Shown here piece after piece: positions 39,756 to 49,897 of a stretch of 64,000 nucleotides of DNA. Position 1 is the stretch's first letter. Every line of letters starts with the position of its first letter. Location of the stretch: positions 2,988 through 66,987 of the forward strand of contig WFNF01000159.1 in the NCBI GenBank assembly GCA_015488775.1, read 5' to 3'. Source of the DNA: Helicobacteraceae bacterium. GTDB lineage: Bacteria; Campylobacterota; Campylobacteria; Campylobacterales; Sulfurimonadaceae. The notes under the pieces were generated by a model, which saw nothing but the letters and a program-made list of their open reading frames with translations, had not been told where the DNA came from and ran no database searches. The position numbers and the translations under genes are program-made.

Positions 39756-40181
39756 ATGAAAAGAAGTGCATTCACTTTAATTGAGTTAATGATTGTAATC
39801 GTAATTTTGGGGCTTTTAGCTTCTTTAGTAATGCCATCATTGATGGGAAAAGGTGAGCAAGCTAAAAAAGATTTAGTGTGTGTTCAAATGAATGGTTTAA
39901 GAACTCCATTAAAGTTTTTCAAAATGGATAATGGTGTGTATCCTACTACTGAAGAGGGATTAAAAGCATTAACTACTAATCCAAACTCTGAAAAGTACCC
40001 AGCTTATGATAAAAATGGCTATTTAGAAAAAGGTAAATTTCCTAAAGATTCTTGGGGAAGTGATTTTATATATATTTATACTGATGGCGACTATGATATC
40101 ATCTCTTATGGACCTGATAGAAAAGAGGGTGGAGATAGTGATGGTGCAGACATTAAACTAAGTGAGTGTAAGAAAAAGTAG
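39756..40181 (+). CDS. gspG: T2SS major pseudopilin GspG
   Basis: MKRSAFTLIELMIVIVILGLLASLV prepilin N-terminus. GspG-type body (..GVYPTTEEGLKALT.., DSWGSDFIY, ISYGPDRKEGG). Confidence 0.9.
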   Translation: MKRSAFTLIELMIVIVILGLLASLVMPSLMGKGEQAKKDLVCVQMNGLRTPLKFFKMDNGVYPTTEEGLKALTTNPNSEKYPAYDKNGYLEKGKFPKDSWGSDFIYIYTDGDYDIISYGPDRKEGGDSDGADIKLSECKKK

Positions 40182-40703
40182 GTGAAAAAATCTGCTTTTA
40201 CTCTAATAGAGTTAATGATTGTTGTGGTTATAGTGGGTTTAATATATTCAATGGCTATAACAGGACTTAGAAATTTTAAAGAGAAAAAAACAAAAATTAC
40301 CTTGGCAGATTTACCTCAAACGCTTAAAAACATTGCTCCAAAAAGTGATCTACGATATGTATGTATAGATAGATGTAAAAAATGTTTACTTTTAGTTGAT
40401 GGTGAAGTTGCAAATGATGAGTTTGCAGTTTTAGTTGATGATGATATTAATGTTTATCAACTTGATCCATATTCTGGTTCAAGAGAGTATATATTTACAC
40501 CTTACTTCGATAAAAAAGGTAGGGAACAAGATGTTTGTTTCTCTTTTGAAGTTTATAAAGATGGAAGTTTTTCAAAAATGATTTTAGAATACAAAAATAA
40601 GTTTTACGATTATTATTCCCCTCTAAGCAAGGTAAAAGTTTATGATGAGCTACAAGATGTTATAAAAGCCAAAGAAGAGTTACTTTTAAAGGTTACAAAT
40701 TGA
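40182..40703 (+). CDS. T2SS minor pseudopilin (GspH-like by position)
   Basis: GTG start. KKSAFTLIELMIVVVIVGLIY prepilin N-terminus. The subtype assignment is tentative. Confidence 0.6.
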   Translation: MKKSAFTLIELMIVVVIVGLIYSMAITGLRNFKEKKTKITLADLPQTLKNIAPKSDLRYVCIDRCKKCLLLVDGEVANDEFAVLVDDDINVYQLDPYSGSREYIFTPYFDKKGREQDVCFSFEVYKDGSFSKMILEYKNKFYDYYSPLSKVKVYDELQDVIKAKEELLLKVTN

Positions 40704-41914
40704 TATTTAAATATAAAGGTATAAATGCTGATGGTCAAAAAGTAAAAGACTCTATAGAAGCACTTACACTAAGTGATGCTAAGTCTAAACTTAAAGCTAA
40801 CAACATACTATACCAATCTCTTGAAGAGGATTCACCTGGAATCTTTGACAACATAAACCTAAGTAGAAAGTACAAAATTTCAGCTAAAGAACTTTCAACC
40901 TTATCTCGTGAACTTGCTATGTACATCAAATCAGGCATAACAATTGTAAGCGCCGTTAAAATTGTACAAGGGCACTACACACAAAACAAAAAACTGGCTT
41001 TATTTTTAAAAACAGTTCATACACATTTAGATGAGGGGAAAAACTTTTATTCTGCACTTGACTCTCAAAGTGTAGTTATACTTCCAGAATTTTTCAAACA
41101 GAGTATTAAAGTTAGTGAAAATGGTGGTATTTTAGATGAAGTTTTACTAGAGTTATCAAGGTTTTTAAAAGAGCAAGACAGAATAACAAAAGAGGTAAAA
41201 GGAGCATTTGCCTATCCAGCTTTTATGATAGTTATCTCTTTACTTATGGTTGCTTTTATGCTTACTTTTGTTGTACCTCAGATTACTGGTATTTTTGAGA
41301 ACATGAATCAGGAGTTACCAACAGCTACTAAGTTTGTTGTAGCATTAGGGAAATTTTTTGAAGATTATTTTGTGTTAATTATTGCTTTGATAGCAGCCGT
41401 AGTAGCCACGCACAAAACTCTTACATCGATCAATAATGCGTATAAAAAAGCATTTCACAGACTTTTACTTAAAATGCCACTTTTTGGAGAGATACTTCTT
41501 AAAGGTGAGTTAGCTAGATTTACATATATAGGTTCATTACTAGTACGTTCAGGCGTTCCTTTTGTACAAACCATTCAATTATCTGCAAATATTTTAGATA
41601 ATGAGTTTATAAAAGAGATTTTTGTAGATGCATCTCAAAAAGTTGTTGAGGGTAAGAAACTTTCTTCAGCACTTATTCAAAGTAAAAAAATTCTTGGTGA
41701 ACCTTTTTTACAAGCTATTGCACTTGGAGAGGAAACATCACAGGTTGAAAATGTTTTTGTAAATATAAGTGAGCTTTACTTTGAAGAGAACAAAGATAAA
41801 ATAGCCCTACTTTTATCTTTACTTGAACCTGCCCTTATGCTTTTTGTTGGTAGTTCAATCGGTTTTATAGTTGCAGCGATGTTACTTCCTATATTTAGTA
41901 TGAGTATATCGTAA
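40700..41914 (+). CDS. gspF: T2SS inner-membrane platform protein GspF
   Basis: 404 aa. Duplicated T2SSF domain architecture with three TM segments. Confidence 0.9.
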   Translation: MIFKYKGINADGQKVKDSIEALTLSDAKSKLKANNILYQSLEEDSPGIFDNINLSRKYKISAKELSTLSRELAMYIKSGITIVSAVKIVQGHYTQNKKLALFLKTVHTHLDEGKNFYSALDSQSVVILPEFFKQSIKVSENGGILDEVLLELSRFLKEQDRITKEVKGAFAYPAFMIVISLLMVAFMLTFVVPQITGIFENMNQELPTATKFVVALGKFFEDYFVLIIALIAAVVATHKTLTSINNAYKKAFHRLLLKMPLFGEILLKGELARFTYIGSLLVRSGVPFVQTIQLSANILDNEFIKEIFVDASQKVVEGKKLSSALIQSKKILGEPFLQAIALGEETSQVENVFVNISELYFEENKDKIALLLSLLEPALMLFVGSSIGFIVAAMLLPIFSMSIS

Positions 41915-41915
41915 G

Positions 41916-42821
41916 ATGAAAAAATCTATGAAAAGAGGTGGTTTTGCCCTACTCTTAACACTTTTTTTCATTATAGCTATAACTGCCGCGGTTGGGCTTA
42001 GTTTAAAATATCTAAATGAAGCCCAAGATGAAGTTACAAGTGGAAGTTTTTTAGTTCAGAACTCTGCTATTTTAGAGGATGTCTTACAGTTTTTAAAAAA
42101 ATCCAAAGATATTTCAAATATTAAAGATGCAAGTAGTCTTGGTATATTTTTAGATATGACAGCAATATTACCACTTGAGGTTGAAGAGTTAGCAATTAAA
42201 ATTGAGATAAGTTCTAATATGGGACATTACAATATAAATGGTATTGCAAAAAATAAGGCAGTAAGAGAGATGTTTACTCAATATCTTGTAAATATATATA
42301 ATGTTCAGGACGCAGATTATTTTATGGCACTACTTATAGACAGTGTTTCTGTACCAAATCAGCAGTATTTAACAGATATATTTGTAGATAACCCATCTTT
42401 ACCTAGAAAATATATAACAAATAAGAGACATTTTGATAAAATACAAGAGTATTATCTAAAAACACGTCATGATTCAAGTATTTTGTATGTTCCTTGGGAT
42501 GAACTTCTTAGATTTGATGAAACCAATTCAACAGCTTTAGATATAAATTATATAAGTAAAGATCTATGGCAAGTGATTTTAGATGATGTTGATGAGAGTA
42601 AACTTGAAGAGTTAAGTGATGGAGCTATTGTTTATGAAGACGAAAGTATGCTTAATCTAAGTGAAACTCAATTAAAGCGTCTAAATAAATTTAAAAAAAG
42701 TACTTTTGAGCCTAAGGTTAAAGTCGATTTAGTAACTATAGATGCCAATCAAAGTTCCCATATTAGCTTTGATTTTAATATACCCACAAAAAAGGTAAAC
42801 AATTTTGAATTTGAAATTTAA
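41916..42821 (+). CDS. T2SS minor pseudopilin GspK-like
   Basis: KRGGFALLLTLFFIIAITAAVGL: a pseudopilin-type hydrophobic N-terminus lacking Glu5, as in GspK. Size is 301 aa. Confidence 0.6.
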   Translation: MKKSMKRGGFALLLTLFFIIAITAAVGLSLKYLNEAQDEVTSGSFLVQNSAILEDVLQFLKKSKDISNIKDASSLGIFLDMTAILPLEVEELAIKIEISSNMGHYNINGIAKNKAVREMFTQYLVNIYNVQDADYFMALLIDSVSVPNQQYLTDIFVDNPSLPRKYITNKRHFDKIQEYYLKTRHDSSILYVPWDELLRFDETNSTALDINYISKDLWQVILDDVDESKLEELSDGAIVYEDESMLNLSETQLKRLNKFKKSTFEPKVKVDLVTIDANQSSHISFDFNIPTKKVNNFEFEI

Positions 42822-43731
42822 TACTACTGCAAATTTCATCTTCGCAGATATATCGATGGATGATGTAAATAGCGAAGAGAAGTTTAATGTAGTACTATCA
42901 CCATCATTTTATTGGGTGATTAAAAAAGCACTTCCTGTTAAATATGCAAGAGATGCAATAAAACTAGCTCCATCTATATTTGAAGATATATTACCCTCGG
43001 GAACTTTTTCATATTACGCATATAAAGAGGGAGATGCTTTTTTACTTTTTGCATATAATGATAAAGAGATTTTAGAAAAGTTAAACTCTAAGGGTTTAAA
43101 ATCTAGTAATGTCTCAAAATACTACTTTGCACAAAGTGAATTTAATCAAGTAGAAGATGCTATAAAGATTGATCAGAACTCTGCATTAACTTTAAATAAT
43201 GATGTTTTAATAAAAGTACCATTATCTCTTGTGCAAAGCCCTAAAGAGATAGATACAGATAATCACAAATACTCAAAACATAGCATTCAACTTAGTCGTA
43301 TAAATCAGATAGCTGATACAAGTAAACTAAATAAAATAACTATAACTTTAGCAATATTATTAATGCTTTTTGTTGGTGAGTATTTTATAAAGACATCATC
43401 ATTTTCAGATATTGAGAATAAGACTACAGAAGTTTTTAAAAAGTACAAACTTCAATCATCAAAGCTTCAAAACAGATCAGTACTTAGCTCTTTAAATAAA
43501 AAGTATGATGAACAAATATCTCTTAGAAAAGCATTTGTTGCATTAAACTCTTTAAAGTTTGCGCAAGGGGAATATATAGAGATTATAGAGTATGAAAAAG
43601 ATGTGTTAAGTGCTACTATTAAAGTTGATCAATCAAAAGAGAAAAAAATCATTAGAGATTTAAAGATGAAACACTTAGCTCCAACATCTAAATATAAAAA
43701 AGAGAGACTTTTTGTGGAGATTAAGATATGA
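42805..43731 (+). CDS. GspL-like assembly protein (by architecture and position)
   Basis: About 190 aa cytoplasmic part, a single TM (ITITLAILLMLFVGEYFI), and a short periplasmic domain. The TTG start is uncertain. Confidence 0.5.
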   Translation: MNLKFNTTANFIFADISMDDVNSEEKFNVVLSPSFYWVIKKALPVKYARDAIKLAPSIFEDILPSGTFSYYAYKEGDAFLLFAYNDKEILEKLNSKGLKSSNVSKYYFAQSEFNQVEDAIKIDQNSALTLNNDVLIKVPLSLVQSPKEIDTDNHKYSKHSIQLSRINQIADTSKLNKITITLAILLMLFVGEYFIKTSSFSDIENKTTEVFKKYKLQSSKLQNRSVLSSLNKKYDEQISLRKAFVALNSLKFAQGEYIEIIEYEKDVLSATIKVDQSKEKKIIRDLKMKHLAPTSKYKKERLFVEIKI

Positions 43732-44135
43732 AAAAAGTAAATCCTTTATATATATTATCTTTTGTACTTTTACTTTTAATCTTTGTTGGGGTTAAATTAT
43801 CTAAGGTTTCAAAAGATAAAGACTATCTTGAGTCACAATTAGCACAAAATGAATCAATAGCACTAGAGATAACAGCACTTAAAAAATCGTGGGCAGCGTC
43901 AAAGAAAAACTCTAGTTCATTAGATAGACTTATACGAAGTTCTAGTTTGAGATCTGCAAACCTTAAAACTAAGAAAAAAAGAGATTCTTACACTATAAGT
44001 AGTGAAAGTATAGATTCAAAAAGTGTAGATTTTTTATTAAGTAAAATTTATAATGGAACTTATATGGTAAAAAAATTATATATAAAAAGAGTTACACCAC
44101 ATAGTGTAAGTCTTAAGATGGAGATAGCATTATGA
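43728..44135 (+). CDS. GspM-like assembly protein (by architecture and position)
   Basis: 135 aa. N-terminal TM (LYILSFVLLLLIFVGV). Overlaps both neighbours by 4 nt. Confidence 0.5.
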   Translation: MKKVNPLYILSFVLLLLIFVGVKLSKVSKDKDYLESQLAQNESIALEITALKKSWAASKKNSSSLDRLIRSSSLRSANLKTKKKRDSYTISSESIDSKSVDFLLSKIYNGTYMVKKLYIKRVTPHSVSLKMEIAL

Positions 44136-44662
44136 AAAAATTAGCTATGTTCTTTGTATATACTTTTATATTTTTTATTTCATTGGAGTTTTTTACTCCA
44201 AAAGTTCAACTATTTTATCTTCTTGAACAGCAAATACACAAATTTGATGTTGTTATAGATGAAAAAAGTGTAGAAGATACAGGTTTTTCACTAAAAATAA
44301 ACAGTTTTGATATCTATGTTAAAGGGATAAAAAGTGTAAATATTGAAGAGCTAAAAATAACACCATTTTTAGTTTATAACTATATTGGTATTAAAAATAT
44401 ACATCTTGATGACACTATGAAATCTTTTTTACCACTAGATATAGAAAGTGTAGATATAAAATATTCAATATTTAATCCTTTAAATATTTTAATACATGCC
44501 AAGGGTGATTTTGGTGAGGCAAGTGCAAAGGTAAATATCTTAGATAAAAAGGTTTCTGCCTCACTTGAACCATCAGGCATAATGAAAAAAAGGTTTTCAC
44601 AAACTTTAAAAATGTTAAAAAAATCTAAAGAGGGAGGTTATACTTATGAAAAATCTTTCTAG
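44132..44662 (+). CDS. GspN-like membrane-anchored protein (tentative)
   Basis: 176 aa. N-terminal TM (LAMFFVYTFIFFISLEFF). Sits between the M-like and C genes. Confidence 0.4.
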   Translation: MKKLAMFFVYTFIFFISLEFFTPKVQLFYLLEQQIHKFDVVIDEKSVEDTGFSLKINSFDIYVKGIKSVNIEELKITPFLVYNYIGIKNIHLDDTMKSFLPLDIESVDIKYSIFNPLNILIHAKGDFGEASAKVNILDKKVSASLEPSGIMKKRFSQTLKMLKKSKEGGYTYEKSF

Positions 44663-45476
44663 TGATGCAATAATAAAAGTTGTTTTTAAAACGCTTATAA
44701 TTTTGATTATAACAAAACTTATCTCTTTAGTTGTGATGTTTTTTTTACCAGACTCTGGCGTAACAAAACCTAAAACATATTCTAAAATACCAAACTATGC
44801 CAGATACTCTGTTAAAACGATGGTTACACCTGCAAAGATTAAAAAAGCTGTTGTTCAAACTCAAACAACATCAAGCTCATCTGCACCAGTTTCGCAAATA
44901 TCAAATATGTTGCTAAAAGGATTATATGGAAATGGTAAAAATTCTATTGCAATAGTTGCTATGAAATCTAAACCTAAGGCAACCTCTGTAGTATCTATTG
45001 GTGAGATATATGGTGGGTACAGACTTAAAAAAGTAACACAAAACTCTGCTATTTTTAGTAGAGGTGGAAAAGACTTTACCTTACTTATAAAAGAGGATAA
45101 AACAAAAAAAAGTCTAAGAGAGATAACAAAAGGGCAAGCTCCTGCATTTGTAGAGACTACAAACCATGCTGTTTCAAAAGCTGATATCAATCATTATGCT
45201 AAACACTATAAAGATATCTGGAAAGATATAGGTATAGTTGAATCAAAGAAAAATGGAAAACTACAAGGTTTTAAAGTAACTAGAATCAGGACTGGTTCAC
45301 CTTTTGCACAGCTTGGACTTAAAAAAGGTGATCTTATAATCAAGGCAAACAACAAAAAAATAAACTCTTACGCAGATGCTATAGATATCTATAAACATAT
45401 AGATAAACTAAACGCTGTTGAGATTGTAGTTATTAGAAACGGAAGCGAGAAGGAACTCTACTATGACATATATTAA
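44646..45476 (+). CDS. gspC: T2SS protein GspC (TM + PDZ)
   Basis: N-terminal TM. C-terminal PDZ-like segment GFKVTRIRTGSPFAQLGLKKGDLIIKANNKKINS. Confidence 0.7.
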   Translation: MKNLSSDAIIKVVFKTLIILIITKLISLVVMFFLPDSGVTKPKTYSKIPNYARYSVKTMVTPAKIKKAVVQTQTTSSSSAPVSQISNMLLKGLYGNGKNSIAIVAMKSKPKATSVVSIGEIYGGYRLKKVTQNSAIFSRGGKDFTLLIKEDKTKKSLREITKGQAPAFVETTNHAVSKADINHYAKHYKDIWKDIGIVESKKNGKLQGFKVTRIRTGSPFAQLGLKKGDLIIKANNKKINSYADAIDIYKHIDKLNAVEIVVIRNGSEKELYYDIY

Positions 45477-47304
45477 AACTTTTATACTTATTGCACTACT
45501 TAGTGTATCTCTTGAGGCAAGACAAAAGGTTAATCTTAACTTTTCAGATTTACAGATTAATGATTTTATAAAGCTTGTAGCTAAGATTACTCATAAAAAC
45601 ATATTAATCAACTACAAGGTCAATGGTAAGGTTGATTTAGTAACTACAACCACAGTTTATGATGATGAAGTTTTAGGTATTTTAGTATCTGTACTAGAAT
45701 CAAAAGGTTTTACCATAGTAAATAAAGGAAGTATTTACGAGGTTGTAAGATCTGCTGATGCTGCAAAACATAGTTCACGCATAATAAAACCTGGAAAATA
45801 TGCTTATGGTAATACAATGGCAACTCAAACTATTAAAGTTGAGGGGCAAAATGTTGATATAGTAGCAGCAAAAATCCGTTACCTAATCTCTAAAACAGCC
45901 AAACTTATGACTCTTAAAGAGACAAATACTCTTCTAGTCACAGATTACCCTAGAAATATAAGAATGATAAAAAAGATTATCAAGAACCTTACTGTTTCTA
46001 GTGAACCAGAGATTAAAATCTTAACTATTGAAAAAGCTGATTTAAAAAAGATAACGGCTCAAGCCACAGAGATTGCTAAAAACTTATTTAACGCTAAAGT
46101 TAATGGTCAAAGTGTAAAAGTTCTTCAAAATACTGATATAAATGGTCTAATTTTGATTGGCGATACAGACAATATAAAACAATTAGAAACTATTATAAAA
46201 ACTTTAGATAAAGAGCAAAATTTAGATGAAGAGGTACAGATATTTAATCTTAAAAACTCTGATGCTAAAGCTACTCTAGCAACTCTAAATGAGATAGTTT
46301 CTAAACAAACTTTCTCAGATCCAACTTTAAAACCTAACATATCTGCTAGTGAAGAGATAAATGCAATTATTTTAGTTGGTAATCCTACAGTTATAAAAGG
46401 TTTAAGACGTATACTCGATGAACTAGATAGAGAAAAGTACCAAGTTTACGTTCAGGCAAGAATTGTTGAGATAAACAAAAATGATTCTCAAAAAATTGGT
46501 ATTAAGTATGGAATAGATGGTGGTATAGCTACATCATCAGGGCTTTATACTTTCTCTGGTAACTTTGGTGGTAGTGCTATTGCATCTCAAGCTATTCAAT
46601 CTATAATTGGTAGTGGAGCTGGTGGTGCTTTGGGTAATATATCTCAGGGTCTTTTACTTGGTGCTTCACTTGATTTTTTAAAGAAAAATGGTGCTAGTAA
46701 AACTGTTTCTAATCCATCTGTTTTATGTGTAAACAACAAAGAATCATCTATATATGTTGGTAAAACTATATCTATTGCAACAGGTTCTATAAATGCAACA
46801 ACTGGTTCAACAACAAACTCATTTAAGCGTGAAGACATTGGTCTTACTCTTAAAATCAAACCGCGTGTTAGTTCAAGTGAGAAAGTTACCTTAGATGTTG
46901 AAACTATATTAGAAAATGTTGTTGGAGTTGATGATAATAATCAACCAATCACAACAAAACAAACTATAACAACAGAATCTATTTTAAGACATGGGGAGAG
47001 TATCATCATCGGTGGTCTTGTTAAAACTTACAAAAAAGAGGATATAACTAAGGTACCTATTTTAGGTGATATACCACTTATTGGAACTCTATTTACACAT
47101 AAAGACTTATCTGATCAACAAGACAACTTACTTGTAATACTTACTCCATATGTTATTGATCAGTCAGCCCAACTTTCAACCCTGCAAAAACAGTTAGGTG
47201 AACTTGGTAAACTTCAAAAAGAGTTCAACAAAAAAGTTTTCCCTATAGTTGAAAAAAATGTAGATGAGTCTAAACTATCTTCAACTAAAGAAAAGAAAAA
47301 ATAA
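45463..47304 (+). CDS. gspD: T2SS outer-membrane secretin GspD
   Basis: 613 aa. Signal peptide, N-domains, secretin core (GLTLKIKPRVS.., VPILGDIPLIGTLF). Confidence 0.9.
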   Translation: MTYIKTFILIALLSVSLEARQKVNLNFSDLQINDFIKLVAKITHKNILINYKVNGKVDLVTTTTVYDDEVLGILVSVLESKGFTIVNKGSIYEVVRSADAAKHSSRIIKPGKYAYGNTMATQTIKVEGQNVDIVAAKIRYLISKTAKLMTLKETNTLLVTDYPRNIRMIKKIIKNLTVSSEPEIKILTIEKADLKKITAQATEIAKNLFNAKVNGQSVKVLQNTDINGLILIGDTDNIKQLETIIKTLDKEQNLDEEVQIFNLKNSDAKATLATLNEIVSKQTFSDPTLKPNISASEEINAIILVGNPTVIKGLRRILDELDREKYQVYVQARIVEINKNDSQKIGIKYGIDGGIATSSGLYTFSGNFGGSAIASQAIQSIIGSGAGGALGNISQGLLLGASLDFLKKNGASKTVSNPSVLCVNNKESSIYVGKTISIATGSINATTGSTTNSFKREDIGLTLKIKPRVSSSEKVTLDVETILENVVGVDDNNQPITTKQTITTESILRHGESIIIGGLVKTYKKEDITKVPILGDIPLIGTLFTHKDLSDQQDNLLVILTPYVIDQSAQLSTLQKQLGELGKLQKEFNKKVFPIVEKNVDESKLSSTKEKKK

Positions 47305-48818
47305 TGTTAGTTGATAACCCACTTCATCTTTTAGACTTAATACCCATACAAGATGAAAATATACAAATAGAGCTAAGTGTAAAAAACTTTTTACTTTTTT
47401 CATCTTATGAAGATAAAATTTGTGTTTTTACAGACTTAGCACATATAAATGAAGCTTCAAACTACTACTCTAAACTTAGTGAAAATTACAGTTTTTACAT
47501 CCTAGATGAGATATCTTTTGAGAAACTTTATAACAAATATATGGAGTTAAGAACAGATAAACAGATTGAAGATATGCAAGATGAAAAAGATGAAGGTGCA
47601 GATGAAGAGGAATTAAGTTTAACTGACTTTTTAAGAACCTCATCAGATATTTTAACATCTCAAGAGTCTGCTCCAATAATTAAATTTGTAAATGCTCTTT
47701 TCTACCAAGCAGTTAAAAAACGTGCTTCAGATATACATATAGAGGTTCATGAAAAGCGTGGTGAGGTTAGATTTAGAGTTGATGGTATGCTTACTAAAAA
47801 TGCGGATCTTGATAGAAAAGTTGTAAACCTAATCATATCAAGAATCAAGGTTATATCTAACCTAGACATATCTGAAACAAGAATACCACAAGATGGACGT
47901 ACACAAATTGTAATAGCAGGGAAAACTCTTGATATCAGGGTTTCAGTTCTTCCAACTTTTTATGGTGAGAGAGTTGTTATGAGAATACTAATGCAAGGTG
48001 ATCAAATTCCAAAAATAAATGACTTAGGGTTTGATGATAGTGTACTAGAGCCAATGCAAAAGATATTAAGACAATCACATGGAATAATCTTGGTAACTGG
48101 ACCTACTGGTTCAGGTAAAACAACATCTTTACACGCCTTTTTACAAGAGGTTGAATCTCCAGATAAAAACATACTTACAGTTGAAGACCCAGTTGAATAC
48201 AAAAGTGAAAACATATCTCAAATACAAGTAAATGAAAAAGTTGGTCTTACCTTTGCCGCGGCACTTAGATCAATACTTAGACAAGATCCAGATATAGTTA
48301 TGATAGGTGAGATTCGTGATGAGGAAACTGCAAATATTGCTATTAGAGCGGCACTTACAGGTCACTTGGTTTTTTCAACTCTACATACAAACTCTGCAGC
48401 TGCTACCATCTCAAGACTAGCAGATATGGATATTGAACCCTTTTTAATCTCATCTGCTGTTTTAGGTATATTGGCACAGAGGCTTGTTAGAGTTTTATGT
48501 GAGGAGTGTAAAGAGGAAGACACTATAGCTGAAAATTTTGCTGATGATTACAATATAGAGCATGGTTCAAAAATATATACTCATATAGGATGTAAAGCTT
48601 GTAACTTTACAGGCTTCACAGGTAGAAAATCTATAGGTGAGCTTATGATTATGGAAGATGAGATAAAAGAGATATTAAAAGAGACTACAGATGAACATAC
48701 TATACAAGTTGCCCTAGAAGAGCTTGGATTAAAAAGCATAGCTTCACAACTTAGACTTATGCTTTTACATGGTGAAACATCTTTAGATGAAGCTATAAGA
48801 ATCGGTTTAGGTCACTAA
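47304..48818 (+). CDS. gspE: T2SS ATPase GspE
   Basis: Walker A GPTGSGKTT, DPDIVMIGEIRD, His box TGHLVFSTLHTN, tetracysteine CEEC..CKAC. Confidence 0.93.
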   Translation: MLVDNPLHLLDLIPIQDENIQIELSVKNFLLFSSYEDKICVFTDLAHINEASNYYSKLSENYSFYILDEISFEKLYNKYMELRTDKQIEDMQDEKDEGADEEELSLTDFLRTSSDILTSQESAPIIKFVNALFYQAVKKRASDIHIEVHEKRGEVRFRVDGMLTKNADLDRKVVNLIISRIKVISNLDISETRIPQDGRTQIVIAGKTLDIRVSVLPTFYGERVVMRILMQGDQIPKINDLGFDDSVLEPMQKILRQSHGIILVTGPTGSGKTTSLHAFLQEVESPDKNILTVEDPVEYKSENISQIQVNEKVGLTFAAALRSILRQDPDIVMIGEIRDEETANIAIRAALTGHLVFSTLHTNSAAATISRLADMDIEPFLISSAVLGILAQRLVRVLCEECKEEDTIAENFADDYNIEHGSKIYTHIGCKACNFTGFTGRKSIGELMIMEDEIKEILKETTDEHTIQVALEELGLKSIASQLRLMLLHGETSLDEAIRIGLGH

Positions 48819-48819
48819 G

Positions 48820-49284
48820 ATGAAAAAAAGAGCAGGCTTCACACTTGTTGAAGTTATGATTGCAGTTATGATTATAGCAGTTGTAATTAGCTCTTTACTT
48901 AAACTTTTTTCTACAAATGCAACTTTTTTTGATAGACTTTACTCAAAATCAAATCTCTCTATGAACTCCTCTTTACTTCTTGGATTTGGAGATACTTATG
49001 GTTTTGAAAAAGATGAGATAACTCTTGATGAACTTACTAAAGAGTTTAGAGTTGAAGATGAACTTAGGCAAAAACTTAAAAATACAAAAGTTCAAATAAA
49101 TTACAAAGATATACTTATACTAGATACTAAAGATTTTGAGGATAATGCAGAAAATGTCGCAACAGATGATCAACTTGAAGATTTGCAAAATGCACCAGAT
49201 ACAGGTTTCTCTTTGGAGATAGGCAAGACATCTTTTACTATTAACAACAACACAACATCTTATCTTAGGATAAAACTACCATGA
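48820..49284 (+). CDS. T2SS minor pseudopilin (GspI-like by position)
   Basis: KKRAGFTLVEVMIAVMIIAVV prepilin N-terminus. Confidence 0.55.
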   Translation: MKKRAGFTLVEVMIAVMIIAVVISSLLKLFSTNATFFDRLYSKSNLSMNSSLLLGFGDTYGFEKDEITLDELTKEFRVEDELRQKLKNTKVQINYKDILILDTKDFEDNAENVATDDQLEDLQNAPDTGFSLEIGKTSFTINNNTTSYLRIKLP

Positions 49285-49787
49285 TGAAAAAAAGATCTGC
49301 TTTTACACTTATAGAGATGATGATATCGGTATCAATACTAGCCATAATTATGGTGTTTTTATATAAATCTTTAGAACTTTTAGATTTTTCAAACAAAAAG
49401 TATGGAAACAAGGTGGAACAACTTAAAAGTGCCAAAGCTTTAAAGCAGATGCTTTACCTAGATCTCTCTTTAAGTAAATACGCTTCACTAAATATAGAAT
49501 CACTAGATAAAAAGTTTGATAATATATATTTTGAAAGTACACACTCTATACATTCACGCATAAGCACCCATATAAGCTATATTGTTTCAAACAAGCATAT
49601 ATATAGGGTTGAGTCTTTAAACAAACTAGAGATACCTCTTAGAGGCGATGAAGACGCTGATGTTGATGATCTTGGTGAAGTTGATATTTTTAGAGTTTAT
49701 AACTCTAAAACTCATAACCTTGTACATATAAAACAACATAACAGTAATGATATACTTATCAAGGTTAGAAGACTAAACGAAGCTTAG
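49281..49787 (+). CDS. T2SS minor pseudopilin (GspJ-like by position)
   Basis: KKRSAFTLIEMMISVSILAII prepilin N-terminus. Confidence 0.55.
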   Translation: MMKKRSAFTLIEMMISVSILAIIMVFLYKSLELLDFSNKKYGNKVEQLKSAKALKQMLYLDLSLSKYASLNIESLDKKFDNIYFESTHSIHSRISTHISYIVSNKHIYRVESLNKLEIPLRGDEDADVDDLGEVDIFRVYNSKTHNLVHIKQHNSNDILIKVRRLNEA

Positions 49788-49897
49788 ATTTTGACAATTA
49801 AACACATATATGATATATTTACACAAAAATAAAACTATTTAATCAAGATATTAGTATATAAAAGTTATATTATGTGATGACAATTTAAAGGAAAGAG

